Shown here piece after piece: positions 22,508-31,749 of a stretch of 62,074 nt of DNA. Numbering within the stretch: position 1 is the first letter of the stretch; each line of letters starts with the position of its first letter. The notes beneath the pieces are model-generated. The model was given only the letters and a program-made list of their open reading frames with translations. It was not told the origin of the DNA and did not search any database. The stretch covers positions 1 through 62,074 of the forward strand of contig CAZUNO010000017.1 in the NCBI GenBank assembly GCA_964621445.1, written 5' to 3'. The stretch comes from Candidatus Hadarchaeota archaeon (GTDB taxonomy: Archaea > CAYQAE01 > CAYVLA01). The translations under genes were made by a program, and so were the position numbers.

Positions 22508-22825
22508 TTGGCCCTCATTCTCATAGCGGTACCGACCTGGTCCGAAGTCGAGGCGACGGCCATCCTGATAACCGTGGTGCTTATCGCCTTCCTGCTATTC
22601 GGCATATGGAAGGCAATACAGTCCCACCGGGAGAAGCCAACTACCGGGAGAGAGGGTATTATTGGAGAGAGGGGGGTTACGGTGACCGAACTAGACCCCC
22701 ATGGCCAGGTGGAGTTGAGGGGGGAGGTATGGAGGGCTACCTCTACCCGGGGCAAATTGGACAAGGGGCAAAGTGTAGCCGTAGTGGAGCAGAAAGGGCT
22801 AACCCTGGTGGTTGAGAGGGTCTAG
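22508..22825 (+). CDS. Short NfeD-family protein (TM plus OB fold)
   Basis: TGREGIIGERG..VTELDPHGQVELRGEVWRA. Confidence 0.85.
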   Translation: MALILIAVPTWSEVEATAILITVVLIAFLLFGIWKAIQSHREKPTTGREGIIGERGVTVTELDPHGQVELRGEVWRATSTRGKLDKGQSVAVVEQKGLTLVVERV

Positions 22826-23445
22826 GAAAAGGAATCTATGGTTTTCATCCCTTTCTCGGCGGCAATTCGTGACTCCAATTCCTCTGGCCCTCCCTTGGCA
22901 AGTCGCCCCATGAAATGGAAATCCTCCATTAATACCTCCCTCTTACTTGGATCGTATAGACATGCAGCGGGATGTATGGTAGGAAAGTACACGACTCCCT
23001 TCCTGATCTGGGGTTTACCTCTCCACTTTCCGATGGTCTTTTTGCCCAGAAGCGAGTTCAGGGCCACCCTGCCAAGGATACATACCAGGCGCGGGCGGAG
23101 AAAGTCCATCTGGGCCTCCAGGTGTTTTAGGCAGACCGATATCTCTCCCTTTCGGGGGTCTCGATTCGAGGGAGGCCTGCATTTTACCACATTGGTCACG
23201 AAAACGGAGTCCCGGTCAAGTTCCGCCGCCTCCAGAAGCCGGTCGAGGAACTTCCCGGCCGAACCGACGAAAGGACGGCCCTCGCGGTCCTCCCTGGCCC
23301 CGGGCGCTTCCCCGACCAACATTATCCATGCCGAGGACGGCCCCTCTCCCGGTACTGCCCGGTTTCTGGTGGAGTGAAGGGGGCATTCCTCACAATTCAG
23401 TATGTCCTGCCCTATGCTGTCCAGGGATCTAGCTTCATCGCTCAA
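22822..23445 (-). CDS. udg: Uracil-DNA glycosylase, family 4
   Basis: CEECPL, VGEAPG, GRPFVG, NVVKCRPP, HPAA. Confidence 0.95.
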   Translation of the reverse strand: MSDEARSLDSIGQDILNCEECPLHSTRNRAVPGEGPSSAWIMLVGEAPGAREDREGRPFVGSAGKFLDRLLEAAELDRDSVFVTNVVKCRPPSNRDPRKGEISVCLKHLEAQMDFLRPRLVCILGRVALNSLLGKKTIGKWRGKPQIRKGVVYFPTIHPAACLYDPSKREVLMEDFHFMGRLAKGGPEELESRIAAEKGMKTIDSFS

Positions 23446-23488
23446 TACGAGGGACGGGGCCTCAGGCCACCTATTAATGTGCCCCCGC

Positions 23489-24193
23489 CTAGAGGGAAAA
23501 GGTCAGTATCTCCAGTGAATCGAATACAAGAAGCAGGCCCATGAAAACCAGAAGAGATCCTGACACGCGATTAATCCTTCCCTGATTTCTCTTAACCCAG
23601 TCTAACGCGATCATGGCACGGCTGAAGAAGATGCCAGTGGCCAGGAAGGGAAGTCCAAGACCGGCCGAATACACCGACAGCAGTAGCATACCCCTGTATA
23701 GGGATTCGCTGGTGGCTGCCAAGGCCAGGATTGAGGACAGTATGGGGCCCACACAGGGAGTCCAGCCCAGGCCAAATGCCGCTCCCATTACCGCTGCCGC
23801 CAGCGGTCCCAGGGGGGATAGAAAACCCTTGCCCGGGTGGATCCTTCTTTCATGATACAGCCCAGAGATGTTTAGAAAACCAGCCACGAACAGCCCCATG
23901 AGGATGACGACCCCTCCAAGGACCAGGTTCATAGTCCTCCTGTACCTGATGAGAAAACCGCCAACGGTGGAGGCGGTGCCACCCATGATCACGAAAACGG
24001 CCGAGAACCCGGCCACGAATAACAGACACGAGGAGACAACCTTGACCTGCGAGCCCTTGCTCCCCATCTCCTCAACGGTAAGGCCGCTGACCATTGACAG
24101 ATAGGCGGGTACCAGGGGAAGTACGCAGGGTGAAAGGAAGGAAAAGACCCCGGCCATGAAGGATGCAAGGAGGGTCACCTCCTGGGCAATCAT
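23489..24193 (-). CDS. ccdA: CcdA/DsbD-type thiol-disulfide membrane transporter
   Basis: SFLSPCVLPLVPAY and GWTPCVGPIL; start placed at MIAQEV. Confidence 0.9.
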   Translation of the reverse strand: MIAQEVTLLASFMAGVFSFLSPCVLPLVPAYLSMVSGLTVEEMGSKGSQVKVVSSCLLFVAGFSAVFVIMGGTASTVGGFLIRYRRTMNLVLGGVVILMGLFVAGFLNISGLYHERRIHPGKGFLSPLGPLAAAVMGAAFGLGWTPCVGPILSSILALAATSESLYRGMLLLSVYSAGLGLPFLATGIFFSRAMIALDWVKRNQGRINRVSGSLLVFMGLLLVFDSLEILTFSL

Positions 24194-24297
24194 GGTTTCG
24201 GCTGGTTCATCGAGTTGAAATATGTCTGCCCGTACGGGTGCTAATGGACACACAAAGAGATATCAACCACACGCCCCGCTTGCATATTGGTGGTGGG

Positions 24298-24927
24298 ATG
24301 TCCGATGAGCTGCCGGCCAAGATCGAGGGTAAAACCGCAGTTGAGGTTACAGGCAATATTCTGGGGACCATAGATCAGGTGGAACCCCAGATAAGGGAGG
24401 GGAAGGTGGTGTTCAAGACCACCATGACCCCACCAGGCGATCACTTCGGCCGTAAGAGCTATGTTCCGCGAAAGGAGAAGTATCTTAATCCAGGTGATAT
24501 TCTAAGCGTGGGTAAGGACTGCGTGATAATCAGCTATGGCCAAATACCGAACCTGGAGGGGATCAGGAAACTCGTGGGGGCGGCCGAGAAGAGCAGGAAA
24601 ATTAGAGAAGACCTGGAGTCCCTCCGCGAGGAGTACCTGGAAATAGCCGAGGAGAAGGAGGAACTTGAGGAGGACCTCAAGCTTGCGGAGGAGAAGGCCG
24701 AGAGGTTTTCGCGAATGGAAGACGAGTACCAGACCTTGAAGGAGACGGTTATCGAACAGGAGGGAAAGCTGAAGATAGCTCGCGACTACGTGGGGGTGAT
24801 CGAGGAGCTGGAAAACATGATAAGGTCCCTCAGGGACGAGATCAAGGGGATGGAAGATATTGAGAAATCGGTTAGGGAAATAGTTAACGAGGAACTGGAT
24901 TCCCGGGGCCTGCGGAAGACCTACTAG
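24298..24927 (+). CDS. PRC-barrel plus coiled-coil protein
   Basis: KIEGKTAVEVTGNILGTID...ILSVGKDCVII followed by about 110 aa of charged heptads; GGTGG element before the ATG. Confidence 0.75.
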   Translation: MSDELPAKIEGKTAVEVTGNILGTIDQVEPQIREGKVVFKTTMTPPGDHFGRKSYVPRKEKYLNPGDILSVGKDCVIISYGQIPNLEGIRKLVGAAEKSRKIREDLESLREEYLEIAEEKEELEEDLKLAEEKAERFSRMEDEYQTLKETVIEQEGKLKIARDYVGVIEELENMIRSLRDEIKGMEDIEKSVREIVNEELDSRGLRKTY

Positions 24928-24928
24928 A

Positions 24929-25108
24929 TCATCCTGCCGGTTTGAACAGATGTAGAAGCGATATCAGGAAGGCTATTATCACGCAGGCAGCTATGATTAT
25001 CTGGGGGCTGAGCTTTATTCCCCGTGCCTCTTCATCGAAGAACCGAAGAAGACCAGCTCCCGTTGGTGGCATTCGCCCCTCGTTCTTCGACTTCCTAATG
25101 CGAGCCAT
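24929..25108 (-). CDS. secG: Preprotein translocase subunit Sec61beta (absent from the ORF track, 59 aa)
   Basis: Manual translation MARIRKSKNEGRMPPTGAGLLRFFDEEARGIKLSPQIIIAACVIIAFLISLLHLFKPAG; AGL.RFF.E..IK.SP motif plus TM. Confidence 0.92.
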   Translation of the reverse strand: MARIRKSKNEGRMPPTGAGLLRFFDEEARGIKLSPQIIIAACVIIAFLISLLHLFKPAG

Positions 25109-25355
25109 TACGGTGGCTTACGGCTGGACGTCTATTAACTCTTATGCGTTATGTCCCTGAATGGGGACGGTTCATCGCATGCGGGTTTCCATAGGATGTA
25201 TCCAAGAAATCAGAGCGGTAAATTAAGGGATGGATAAAGTTATTTATAACAACTATTATTTTAATAAAATAATTATTAGAAAGAATTGTCAGGAGGCCTT
25301 TCCGTATTACCCTGAGAAAGAGTTATTAGAAGATCAGATAGAGTTGGATACCGGT

Positions 25356-25444
25356 GCGGCCGTGGTCTAGTCCGGTTAGGACCTGAGCTTCCCATTCTAA
25401 AGAGGAGATAGCTTAAAGCCCGGGTTCAAATCCCGGCGGCCGCA
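25356..25444 (+). tRNA. tRNA-Gly(CCC) with canonical 37/38 intron (25395-25409, 15 nt)
   Basis: GCGGCCG acceptor, TGAGC-TT-CCC-A^intron^A-GCTTA; BHB helix TTCC/GGAG. Confidence 0.93.
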
Positions 25445-25517
25445 CCTTCGATTTCCACTCCCGTTGGAAGGATTTATCATCACAACCAAACCGCCTTTCA
25501 GTGGCGATTGGATCTTG

Positions 25518-26435
25518 ATGGATTTTGATTCCGATCAAAGGGTTTTCGAAATAGGCGAGGTTAAGGTAGGCGGACAACCCGGTGAATTGCCAACGGTACT
25601 CATCGGCAGCATATTCCACCAGGGTCACGGCATAGTTAAGGACAGGGGAAAGGGCATATTCGACCGGAAAAAGGCGGAAAAGCTGCTCAAAAAGCAGGAG
25701 AAGGTATCAAAGAGGACGGGAATCCCCTGCATGGTCGACGTGGTCGCGGAGAGCAAGGTTGCAATGGAGAGGAATCTGGAATTCGTCTCCAAGAGGACGG
25801 AGTTCCCCCTGCTAATCAACGCCACCAATGCGGAGGTCAGACTGCATGGAACTCGGGTCGCCCATGAAATGGGAATTATTGACAGGGCGGTCTATGATTC
25901 CATAAACTACAGGCTGGACGAGGAGGAGATTTCGGGTATACGGGATACGGGAGTTGAAGCTGCCGTCATCCAGGCCTTCAACCCTCGGAATCCAATGCCC
26001 AAGGGAATGGTTGATGTCATTGAAAACGATCAGGGCGGGCTTTTGCAGGGTGCCCGAGAAGCGGGCATAACCAAGCCGCTCCTATTCGCCCCCGTACTCG
26101 ACCTGCCCAGCATCGGCCTGGCGGCCAGGGGAATCAGCCTGCTAAAAGACCGCTTTGGCCTCCCCTGTGGAACCGCACCCGTAGGCGTGGTGGGCAGGGC
26201 CGAGCAGGTCAAGGCCCTGGGAAGATCGGTCAAGAGGTCCTGCAGGTCAGCAGCCCTATCCATGTGTCAGGCGGCGGGAGCCGACTATGTCATCTACGGG
26301 ACCATGGACAGGTGCAACAGGGTTATTCCCGCCGCGGCAGTGGTAGACGCGGCCATAAGCTACGGGGCAAGAACGTCCGGGACTAGACCCAAGGTCCCCG
26401 GCCCCTTGAAGGTGATGTTCGGGTCCAGGTCCTAG
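25518..26435 (+). CDS. mtrH: MtrH/MtxH-like pterin-dependent methyltransferase
   Basis: FEIGEVKVGGQPGELPTVLIGSIF..GH.IV.D..KGIFDRKKAE. Confidence 0.85.
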   Translation: MDFDSDQRVFEIGEVKVGGQPGELPTVLIGSIFHQGHGIVKDRGKGIFDRKKAEKLLKKQEKVSKRTGIPCMVDVVAESKVAMERNLEFVSKRTEFPLLINATNAEVRLHGTRVAHEMGIIDRAVYDSINYRLDEEEISGIRDTGVEAAVIQAFNPRNPMPKGMVDVIENDQGGLLQGAREAGITKPLLFAPVLDLPSIGLAARGISLLKDRFGLPCGTAPVGVVGRAEQVKALGRSVKRSCRSAALSMCQAAGADYVIYGTMDRCNRVIPAAAVVDAAISYGARTSGTRPKVPGPLKVMFGSRS

Positions 26436-27301
26436 AAGGAACCAAGAAGGAAGCCAATAAGCCCTATCAGCAGTGCCATCAAGGTAAACCTCCTCAATGG
26501 GGATGCCTCCTGGGGCTTGTTTAGCGGTATCATTCTCAGCACGCAGTAGATAAGGATGATATCGGTGATTGCCACCGGTATCAGATATGCCAGGTTGTGA
26601 TAGAAACTGCCCGCCTCCTTCACAAGGAAAGGTATTGGACTAAGCCCCACCGCAAAAAGTAGAAGCGAGGCCGAGACCCTAGTGGCGGTCCTTATCCCCC
26701 TCACCCGGGCCAGGGATCTAGAGTCACGTACCGCATCGGCCTCGTAATCCATCACGTCCTTCAATACCTCCCTACCCAGACCGGCTAAAAAGGATATCAG
26801 GGCCAGGACCACCACGGCTAGGGGCAGGCCACCTCCCACCGCCAGGGATCCAAAGATGAAGGGTATGGCCATGGTGGATGCTATGAACATGTTTCCGGGG
26901 AGGCCCATCTGTTTCATCTTTAGATTATATGCCACGGCAAGGGAGGCAAAAATGATGGCCATTAACAGGCATTCCAGGTTGATAATGGATGAGAGAAGGA
27001 GACCCAGGGGAAAGCCCAGGATGAACGTCCACTTGGCCTCATTAGCCGATATCTCTCCCCTTACCAGCGGCCGATCCTGGCGGCCACCGGTCCTATCGGC
27101 CTCCACGTCGAAGTAGTCATTCATTGCGAAGGTCGATGCTCCGAGAAAAAATGGTCCCAGAAATCCCAGGGCCATCAACCGCAGGGGTGGCAGTCCGTGG
27201 AAGGAAATTATCTCGCCGATGATGACGCCCACGCCGAGCATTATCTGATTGGGCACTATTCTGGTCAGGTCCAGGAATGCCCTTAGCCTTCTCATCCCCA
27301 T
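26432..27301 (-). CDS. Digeranylgeranylglyceryl phosphate synthase (UbiA family)
   Basis: NDYFDVEADR..DRPLVRG, REVLKDVMDYEAD; adjacent to GGGP synthase. Confidence 0.88.
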   Translation of the reverse strand: MGMRRLRAFLDLTRIVPNQIMLGVGVIIGEIISFHGLPPLRLMALGFLGPFFLGASTFAMNDYFDVEADRTGGRQDRPLVRGEISANEAKWTFILGFPLGLLLSSIINLECLLMAIIFASLAVAYNLKMKQMGLPGNMFIASTMAIPFIFGSLAVGGGLPLAVVVLALISFLAGLGREVLKDVMDYEADAVRDSRSLARVRGIRTATRVSASLLLFAVGLSPIPFLVKEAGSFYHNLAYLIPVAITDIILIYCVLRMIPLNKPQEASPLRRFTLMALLIGLIGFLLGSF

Positions 27302-27352
27302 CTCCAGGCATTGGGGAGCGATAAAATGGTTTTTGTATATATACGAAACTTC

Positions 27353-28099
27353 CTATCTCTTTATTCCCCGTATATAATCGATTACCCTGGCCACCCTCTG
27401 GCTCTTTTCCCCTTCCTCCTCGAGGGCAGTTCCCTGAACGATGATATCCGCACCCGATTCGATGACCTCCCTGGCATCCGCTACGCTCCTTATCCCGCCG
27501 CCCACTATCAGGGGTATGGATATCCGTCTCCTGGTCTCGGAGATCATATCACAGGGCACATGGCTGGAGGCACCTGACCCCGCCTCAAGGTATGCGTACT
27601 CCATCCCCAATAACTCGCCCGCCAGGGCATATGCCGCCCCCATCCGCGGTTGGTCCCGGGGAATCAGCTGGGCCTTCCCGATTCTTCCCACGGTCTGCCC
27701 GGGTTCAACCACGATATAGCCGACGGAGATGGCCTCTAAATCGAGTTCCCTAACCTGGTAGGAGCTCTGGGCGTGGGCACCGGTAATGAAGTACGGATCC
27801 GAGGAGTTTAGAAGGCTGATATAGAATATGGCGTCAGCCCTGGGACTCAGACCCTGCACTCCTCCAGGGAAGAGAATTGTGGGCAGGTCACAGGACTCCT
27901 TGACGGCCTTCAATGTCCGGTCCACCAGGGTCTGATCGGCCCCCGTGGAACCCCCGATCATTATTCCGTTGGTTCCCGACCCTTGGGCCTGCTTCGCCAT
28001 GCGGGCTGCCCTGCCTGGGTCCTGCTCATCAGGGTCTATCAAAGTTAGGTGTCCTTTACCGTTCCTGGTCAATTCATCCAGGTATTGGTGAACGTTCAT
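27353..28099 (-). CDS. Geranylgeranylglyceryl phosphate synthase
   Basis: HLTLIDPD, IMIGGS, YLEAGSGA, LIVGGGIR. Confidence 0.95.
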   Translation of the reverse strand: MNVHQYLDELTRNGKGHLTLIDPDEQDPGRAARMAKQAQGSGTNGIMIGGSTGADQTLVDRTLKAVKESCDLPTILFPGGVQGLSPRADAIFYISLLNSSDPYFITGAHAQSSYQVRELDLEAISVGYIVVEPGQTVGRIGKAQLIPRDQPRMGAAYALAGELLGMEYAYLEAGSGASSHVPCDMISETRRRISIPLIVGGGIRSVADAREVIESGADIIVQGTALEEEGEKSQRVARVIDYIRGIKR

Positions 28100-28142
28100 G
28101 GTTCTCAGGTCCTAGATCTGTTATATAAAGAACTTCCGCCTT

Positions 28143-29279
28143 CTATGCTAAAAGCTCGTAAATGGTGCTTCTTTCAACTGGTGTCCTGCCCAGCTCTCGA
28201 ACTAGCGACTCGATCCTCTGGGGTTCAAGTAGTGATCCCGGGGTTTCCCCGGCGTTTCTCGATATATTCTCCTCCATCAGGGTCCCACCGAAGTCGTTGG
28301 CCCCGCTAGTTAGACCGACCTGGGCCAGTTTCAGGCCCATCTTAACCCAGGAGACCTGGATGTTGGGTATCTCCGATGACAGGGTCAGCCTGGAAGCGGC
28401 TATGACCCTCAGGTCCTGCACACCCGATGGACCACCGTCTATGACCTTTGACAGGGGGGATTTTCCATGGACGAAAGGCAGGGGAACGAATTCCGTGAAT
28501 CCTCCCGTGTCCTCCTGGATCCCACGGATGCGAATAAGGTGCTTAGCTCTGTCACCCGGGGATTCCAGGGTACCGTACATCATGGTTGAGGTGGTTCTTA
28601 TTCCGTTTTCATGAGCGATGCGTATTATCTCCTCCCATCTACGGGAGTTAATCTTTTGAGGGCAGATTGATTTCCTTACACCGTCCACCAGGATCTCAGC
28701 CGCGGTTCCCGGCATGGTGTTGAGGCCCGAGCCCCTTAGGGTTCTCAGGACCTCCTCCACCGAAAGATCGGATTCATGGGCTACATGGTGAATCTCCATG
28801 GGGGAGAAGGCATGGATATGGACCCGGGGCATCTCATCCCTAATAGTCTCCAGGAGGTCCAGGAGATAATCCAGGTCGATCTTCTGGTTTATACCTCCCT
28901 GGGCGCAGATCTCGGTGACCCCAAACCTCTTGGCCTCCCTTACCTTCTCCCTTACCTGGTCCATGTCTAGCATGTAGGCATCCTGGTCCCCGGCATCCCG
29001 GGCAAACCCGCAGAAAGCGCACTTTGTCCTGCAGATGTTGGTGAAATTCAGGTTCCTATTCACCACGTAGGTGACCCTATCCCCCACCAGTCGTCTACGA
29101 AGGGCATCGGCAGCCAGGGTAAGCATGTGAAATTGGTTGCCGGTGGCAGTGAGCAGTTTCACCACCTCCTCCCGTTCCAGGTATTCCCCGTCGAGGGCCC
29201 TGTCTAGGACCCGGGCAAAACCGGCGTCAGTTTCCTCCAGTTCGGCGGCGTGAGTGATCGACCGGCTTCTCTCCTTCAT
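28143..29279 (-). CDS. cofH: FO synthase subunit CofH
   Basis: VTYVVNRNLNFTNICRTKCAFCGF, PGTAAEIL, QVSWVKMG, GGTLMEENISR. Confidence 0.93.
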   Translation of the reverse strand: MKERSRSITHAAELEETDAGFARVLDRALDGEYLEREEVVKLLTATGNQFHMLTLAADALRRRLVGDRVTYVVNRNLNFTNICRTKCAFCGFARDAGDQDAYMLDMDQVREKVREAKRFGVTEICAQGGINQKIDLDYLLDLLETIRDEMPRVHIHAFSPMEIHHVAHESDLSVEEVLRTLRGSGLNTMPGTAAEILVDGVRKSICPQKINSRRWEEIIRIAHENGIRTTSTMMYGTLESPGDRAKHLIRIRGIQEDTGGFTEFVPLPFVHGKSPLSKVIDGGPSGVQDLRVIAASRLTLSSEIPNIQVSWVKMGLKLAQVGLTSGANDFGGTLMEENISRNAGETPGSLLEPQRIESLVRELGRTPVERSTIYELLA

Positions 29280-30408
29280 CCATTATCTGCATCCAGTGCT
29301 TTGTCTTTTCCAGAACCCGGGGGGCAAGCATCTCCGGAGTAGCGAAGTCGGGGTATACCGGCGGCCTGGCCCGGGCTTCACGCCCGATTTTTAGGGCCTT
29401 CTTATAGATCTCTCCCTCCGAACACCAATCATGCCCGGGATTGATATAGTCCGGTGTAATGCCGGATATGCCACCCAGGTCGTTGGCACCGTGAGCTAGA
29501 AATAGTTCAAAATCAGGTTCCAGGTTTGGCGGTACCTGTAGGTTCATGGATTTTCCGAAAATTAGGCGAGCGGCCAGGAAGCAGTTCAGGGCCAAGGACC
29601 TCGGGGCCGGTGACCCATACCCCACTGTGGTTCCCCTGCTGGGCATGAATCTCTGTATTATGATCTCCTGTATGTGTCCGTATTTCCGGTGTATACTCCT
29701 GATTGCCCTCATGGATTCCAGGATCTCCTCCCTGGTTTGTCCTATGCCCAGCAGCAGGCCGGTGGTGAAAGGCACCTTAATCTCGCCCGCGTCTCTCAGA
29801 ACCTGGAGCCTTCTCTGGGGATCCTTTCCAGGCGAATTCTCATGGGGCATCCCGGGGTCACGGAGGCGGGGACTCGCATCCTCCAGCATCAGTCCCAGAC
29901 TGGCGTTGACCTCCTTCAAGGACGCAATTTCCTGGCGATCGATGAGGCCGATGTTGGTGTGGGGAAGCAGATCGGTCTCGTCCAGGGTTCTTCCACAGAG
30001 CCAGGCCACGTATTGGGGGGTGGACTCGAAACCCTCCTCTTCCAGGAATATCCCGGCGCTCCTATAGGTCTCCTCCGGCCTCTCACCGGACATGAACAAA
30101 GCCTCGCAGGTTCCTCTTTCCTGGGCCTCCATTAGAAGGGGCTTGATTTCCTTCCAGGTGAGGAACCCGCCACTGTCCCTCCGGAATGAGCAGTACGAGC
30201 ATCGATTCCTGCATAGCCTGGTAACGGGAATGGTTATGTTTCTTGAGTATGTCACCTTCTTAGGCGTTTGGCTTGCAGCGATTCTTCCTATCCGTTCTCG
30301 GCCCTTGGGACCCGCTTTCAGTACCCTGAGTGCGGTATCCGGCTCTATGGGAGGTCTTAGTCGGTCCCGGTCCCAGGGAGATTCAACTCCCGGGTTTCCT
30401 AATCTCAT
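29227..30408 (-). CDS. cofG: FO synthase subunit CofG (start uncertain)
   Basis: VTYSRN..IPVTRLCRNRCSYCSF, LPHTNIG, PFTTGLLLGIG, QVPPNL, DYINP. Confidence 0.92.
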   Translation of the reverse strand: MRLGNPGVESPWDRDRLRPPIEPDTALRVLKAGPKGRERIGRIAASQTPKKVTYSRNITIPVTRLCRNRCSYCSFRRDSGGFLTWKEIKPLLMEAQERGTCEALFMSGERPEETYRSAGIFLEEEGFESTPQYVAWLCGRTLDETDLLPHTNIGLIDRQEIASLKEVNASLGLMLEDASPRLRDPGMPHENSPGKDPQRRLQVLRDAGEIKVPFTTGLLLGIGQTREEILESMRAIRSIHRKYGHIQEIIIQRFMPSRGTTVGYGSPAPRSLALNCFLAARLIFGKSMNLQVPPNLEPDFELFLAHGANDLGGISGITPDYINPGHDWCSEGEIYKKALKIGREARARPPVYPDFATPEMLAPRVLEKTKHWMQIMDEGEKPVDHSRRRTGGN

Positions 30409-31093
30409 CCAGGACCTCCACCAACGAACATATCGAGCTCTCGAATAGCCTTTTTCCCTTCTCCTCCGAAGCCCATTTTGCACCCCCAAAGGAGCCCACC
30501 GAGGTGAAATGCTCCGATCTCCAGGCAGACATATAGGTCCTTCCTCCCTCGATATGCAGGCTTGAATCCGGTCCCAAATCGGCCCAGGGCTTGACCAGTT
30601 CGGGTCTCAGGAACTTCATTATCGAGGTCTCAAACTCCCCACCATGTTCGATTCCCAGGTCTTCCTGCTCGGTGGAGGACTCCATGAACTCCTTCATGGC
30701 CCTCCAGAAATGTATTAGATACAGGTTTCCCAGATCCATCTTCTTGACCAGGGATTCCAGGGCCGAGGAATTACCACCGTGGAAATTGACCAGGTATATC
30801 ATATCGAAACATACGTCCAGGGATAGAACAGTTTTCTCGATCAGGGATAAAAAGCCATCAAGTCCAAGATCTATGGTTCCCGGATAGGAGGAATGTTCCT
30901 TGGAGAACCCGAAACATATGGTTGGGGAGATGACGGTATCCTCCCTCCTAGCCAGTTCCTCGCATATCTCGGTGGCGATTATGGAGTCCGTTCCCAGTGG
31001 CAGATGATTCCCGTGTTGCTCGATGCTGCCGATGGGAATTAAAACCTCGGAGAATCCCTTTATCTCCTCGTAGGACATCTCGTCCAATCTCAT
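30383..31093 (-). CDS. arfB: Creatininase-family FAPy deformylase (ArfB-like)
   Basis: PIGSIEQHGNHLPLGTD, NFHGGN, HGGEFETS; located within the riboflavin cluster. Confidence 0.8.
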   Translation of the reverse strand: MRLDEMSYEEIKGFSEVLIPIGSIEQHGNHLPLGTDSIIATEICEELARREDTVISPTICFGFSKEHSSYPGTIDLGLDGFLSLIEKTVLSLDVCFDMIYLVNFHGGNSSALESLVKKMDLGNLYLIHFWRAMKEFMESSTEQEDLGIEHGGEFETSIMKFLRPELVKPWADLGPDSSLHIEGGRTYMSAWRSEHFTSVGSFGGAKWASEEKGKRLFESSICSLVEVLDEIRKPGS

Positions 31094-31749
31094 ATATTCT
31101 CATTTCCCGTTTTGTAGGTGAGTACCAGGTCCGGTCCGTACCGGTCCACACCGACCAGTTGCAGGGGTATTGCCGAGGACATGTCCCCGGCCCCCTCGCC
31201 CTCCACTAGGGTTACCGTGTTCCTGCCGCCAATTATCACCGGGGATAGGGCGACCTTAATCTCGTCCACCAGGCCCCCATTAATCATGCTCCAGTTCAGG
31301 TTACCGCCGCCCTCCAGCAGCAGTTTCTCGATGCCATCCTCGTGAAGCTTGGATAGCAGGATTCCTAGATCTACCCGGTGACCCCCGGCGGTTATGACCT
31401 CGGCCAATTCCTCCATGTTCTCCCTCCGCTCCGGTCCAGCCCTGGAGGTCGTGCCCAGATATATTTTCCCGGGGTAGGAAAAGATCCTTGCCGAGGGAGG
31501 GGTTCTCAACCTGCTATCGACCACTACTCGGGCGGGGGGAGGGCCATCCACCGGTATCTTCACCCTCAGTGAGGGGTCATCTACCAGAAGGGTGTTTATC
31601 CCGATCATGATGGCGTCCACCGAAGCCCTAATTTCCTGGACCCTTTCCATATCCTCCGGGGACGATATCTCCGCCCTTCCCGTCCTGGTCGCTATCTTCC
31701 CGTCCAGACTCATCGCGGCGTTCAGAATGACGTATGGCCGGTCAGGCAA
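31090..31749 (-). CDS. arfC: 2,5-diamino-6-(ribosylamino)-4(3H)-pyrimidinone 5'-phosphate reductase
   Basis: RPYVILNAAMSLDGKI, DDPSL, LEGGGNLNWS. Confidence 0.92.
   Translation of the reverse strand: MPDRPYVILNAAMSLDGKIATRTGRAEISSPEDMERVQEIRASVDAIMIGINTLLVDDPSLRVKIPVDGPPPARVVVDSRLRTPPSARIFSYPGKIYLGTTSRAGPERRENMEELAEVITAGGHRVDLGILLSKLHEDGIEKLLLEGGGNLNWSMINGGLVDEIKVALSPVIIGGRNTVTLVEGEGAGDMSSAIPLQLVGVDRYGPDLVLTYKTGNENI

Noticed and set aside
22486-22510. Possible frameshift joining ATG 22486 to the NfeD frame through a T4/C4 run
   Set aside because: The in-frame TTG at 22508 already gives a plausible short NfeD protein, so no shift is required
29227-30489. ORF-track long N-terminal extensions (cofG here; also ribB to 34527, ccdA to 24253, the PRC protein from 24163, larC from 39650)
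   Set aside because: They overlap neighbouring genes or promoters and lack family similarity; downstream starts were chosen
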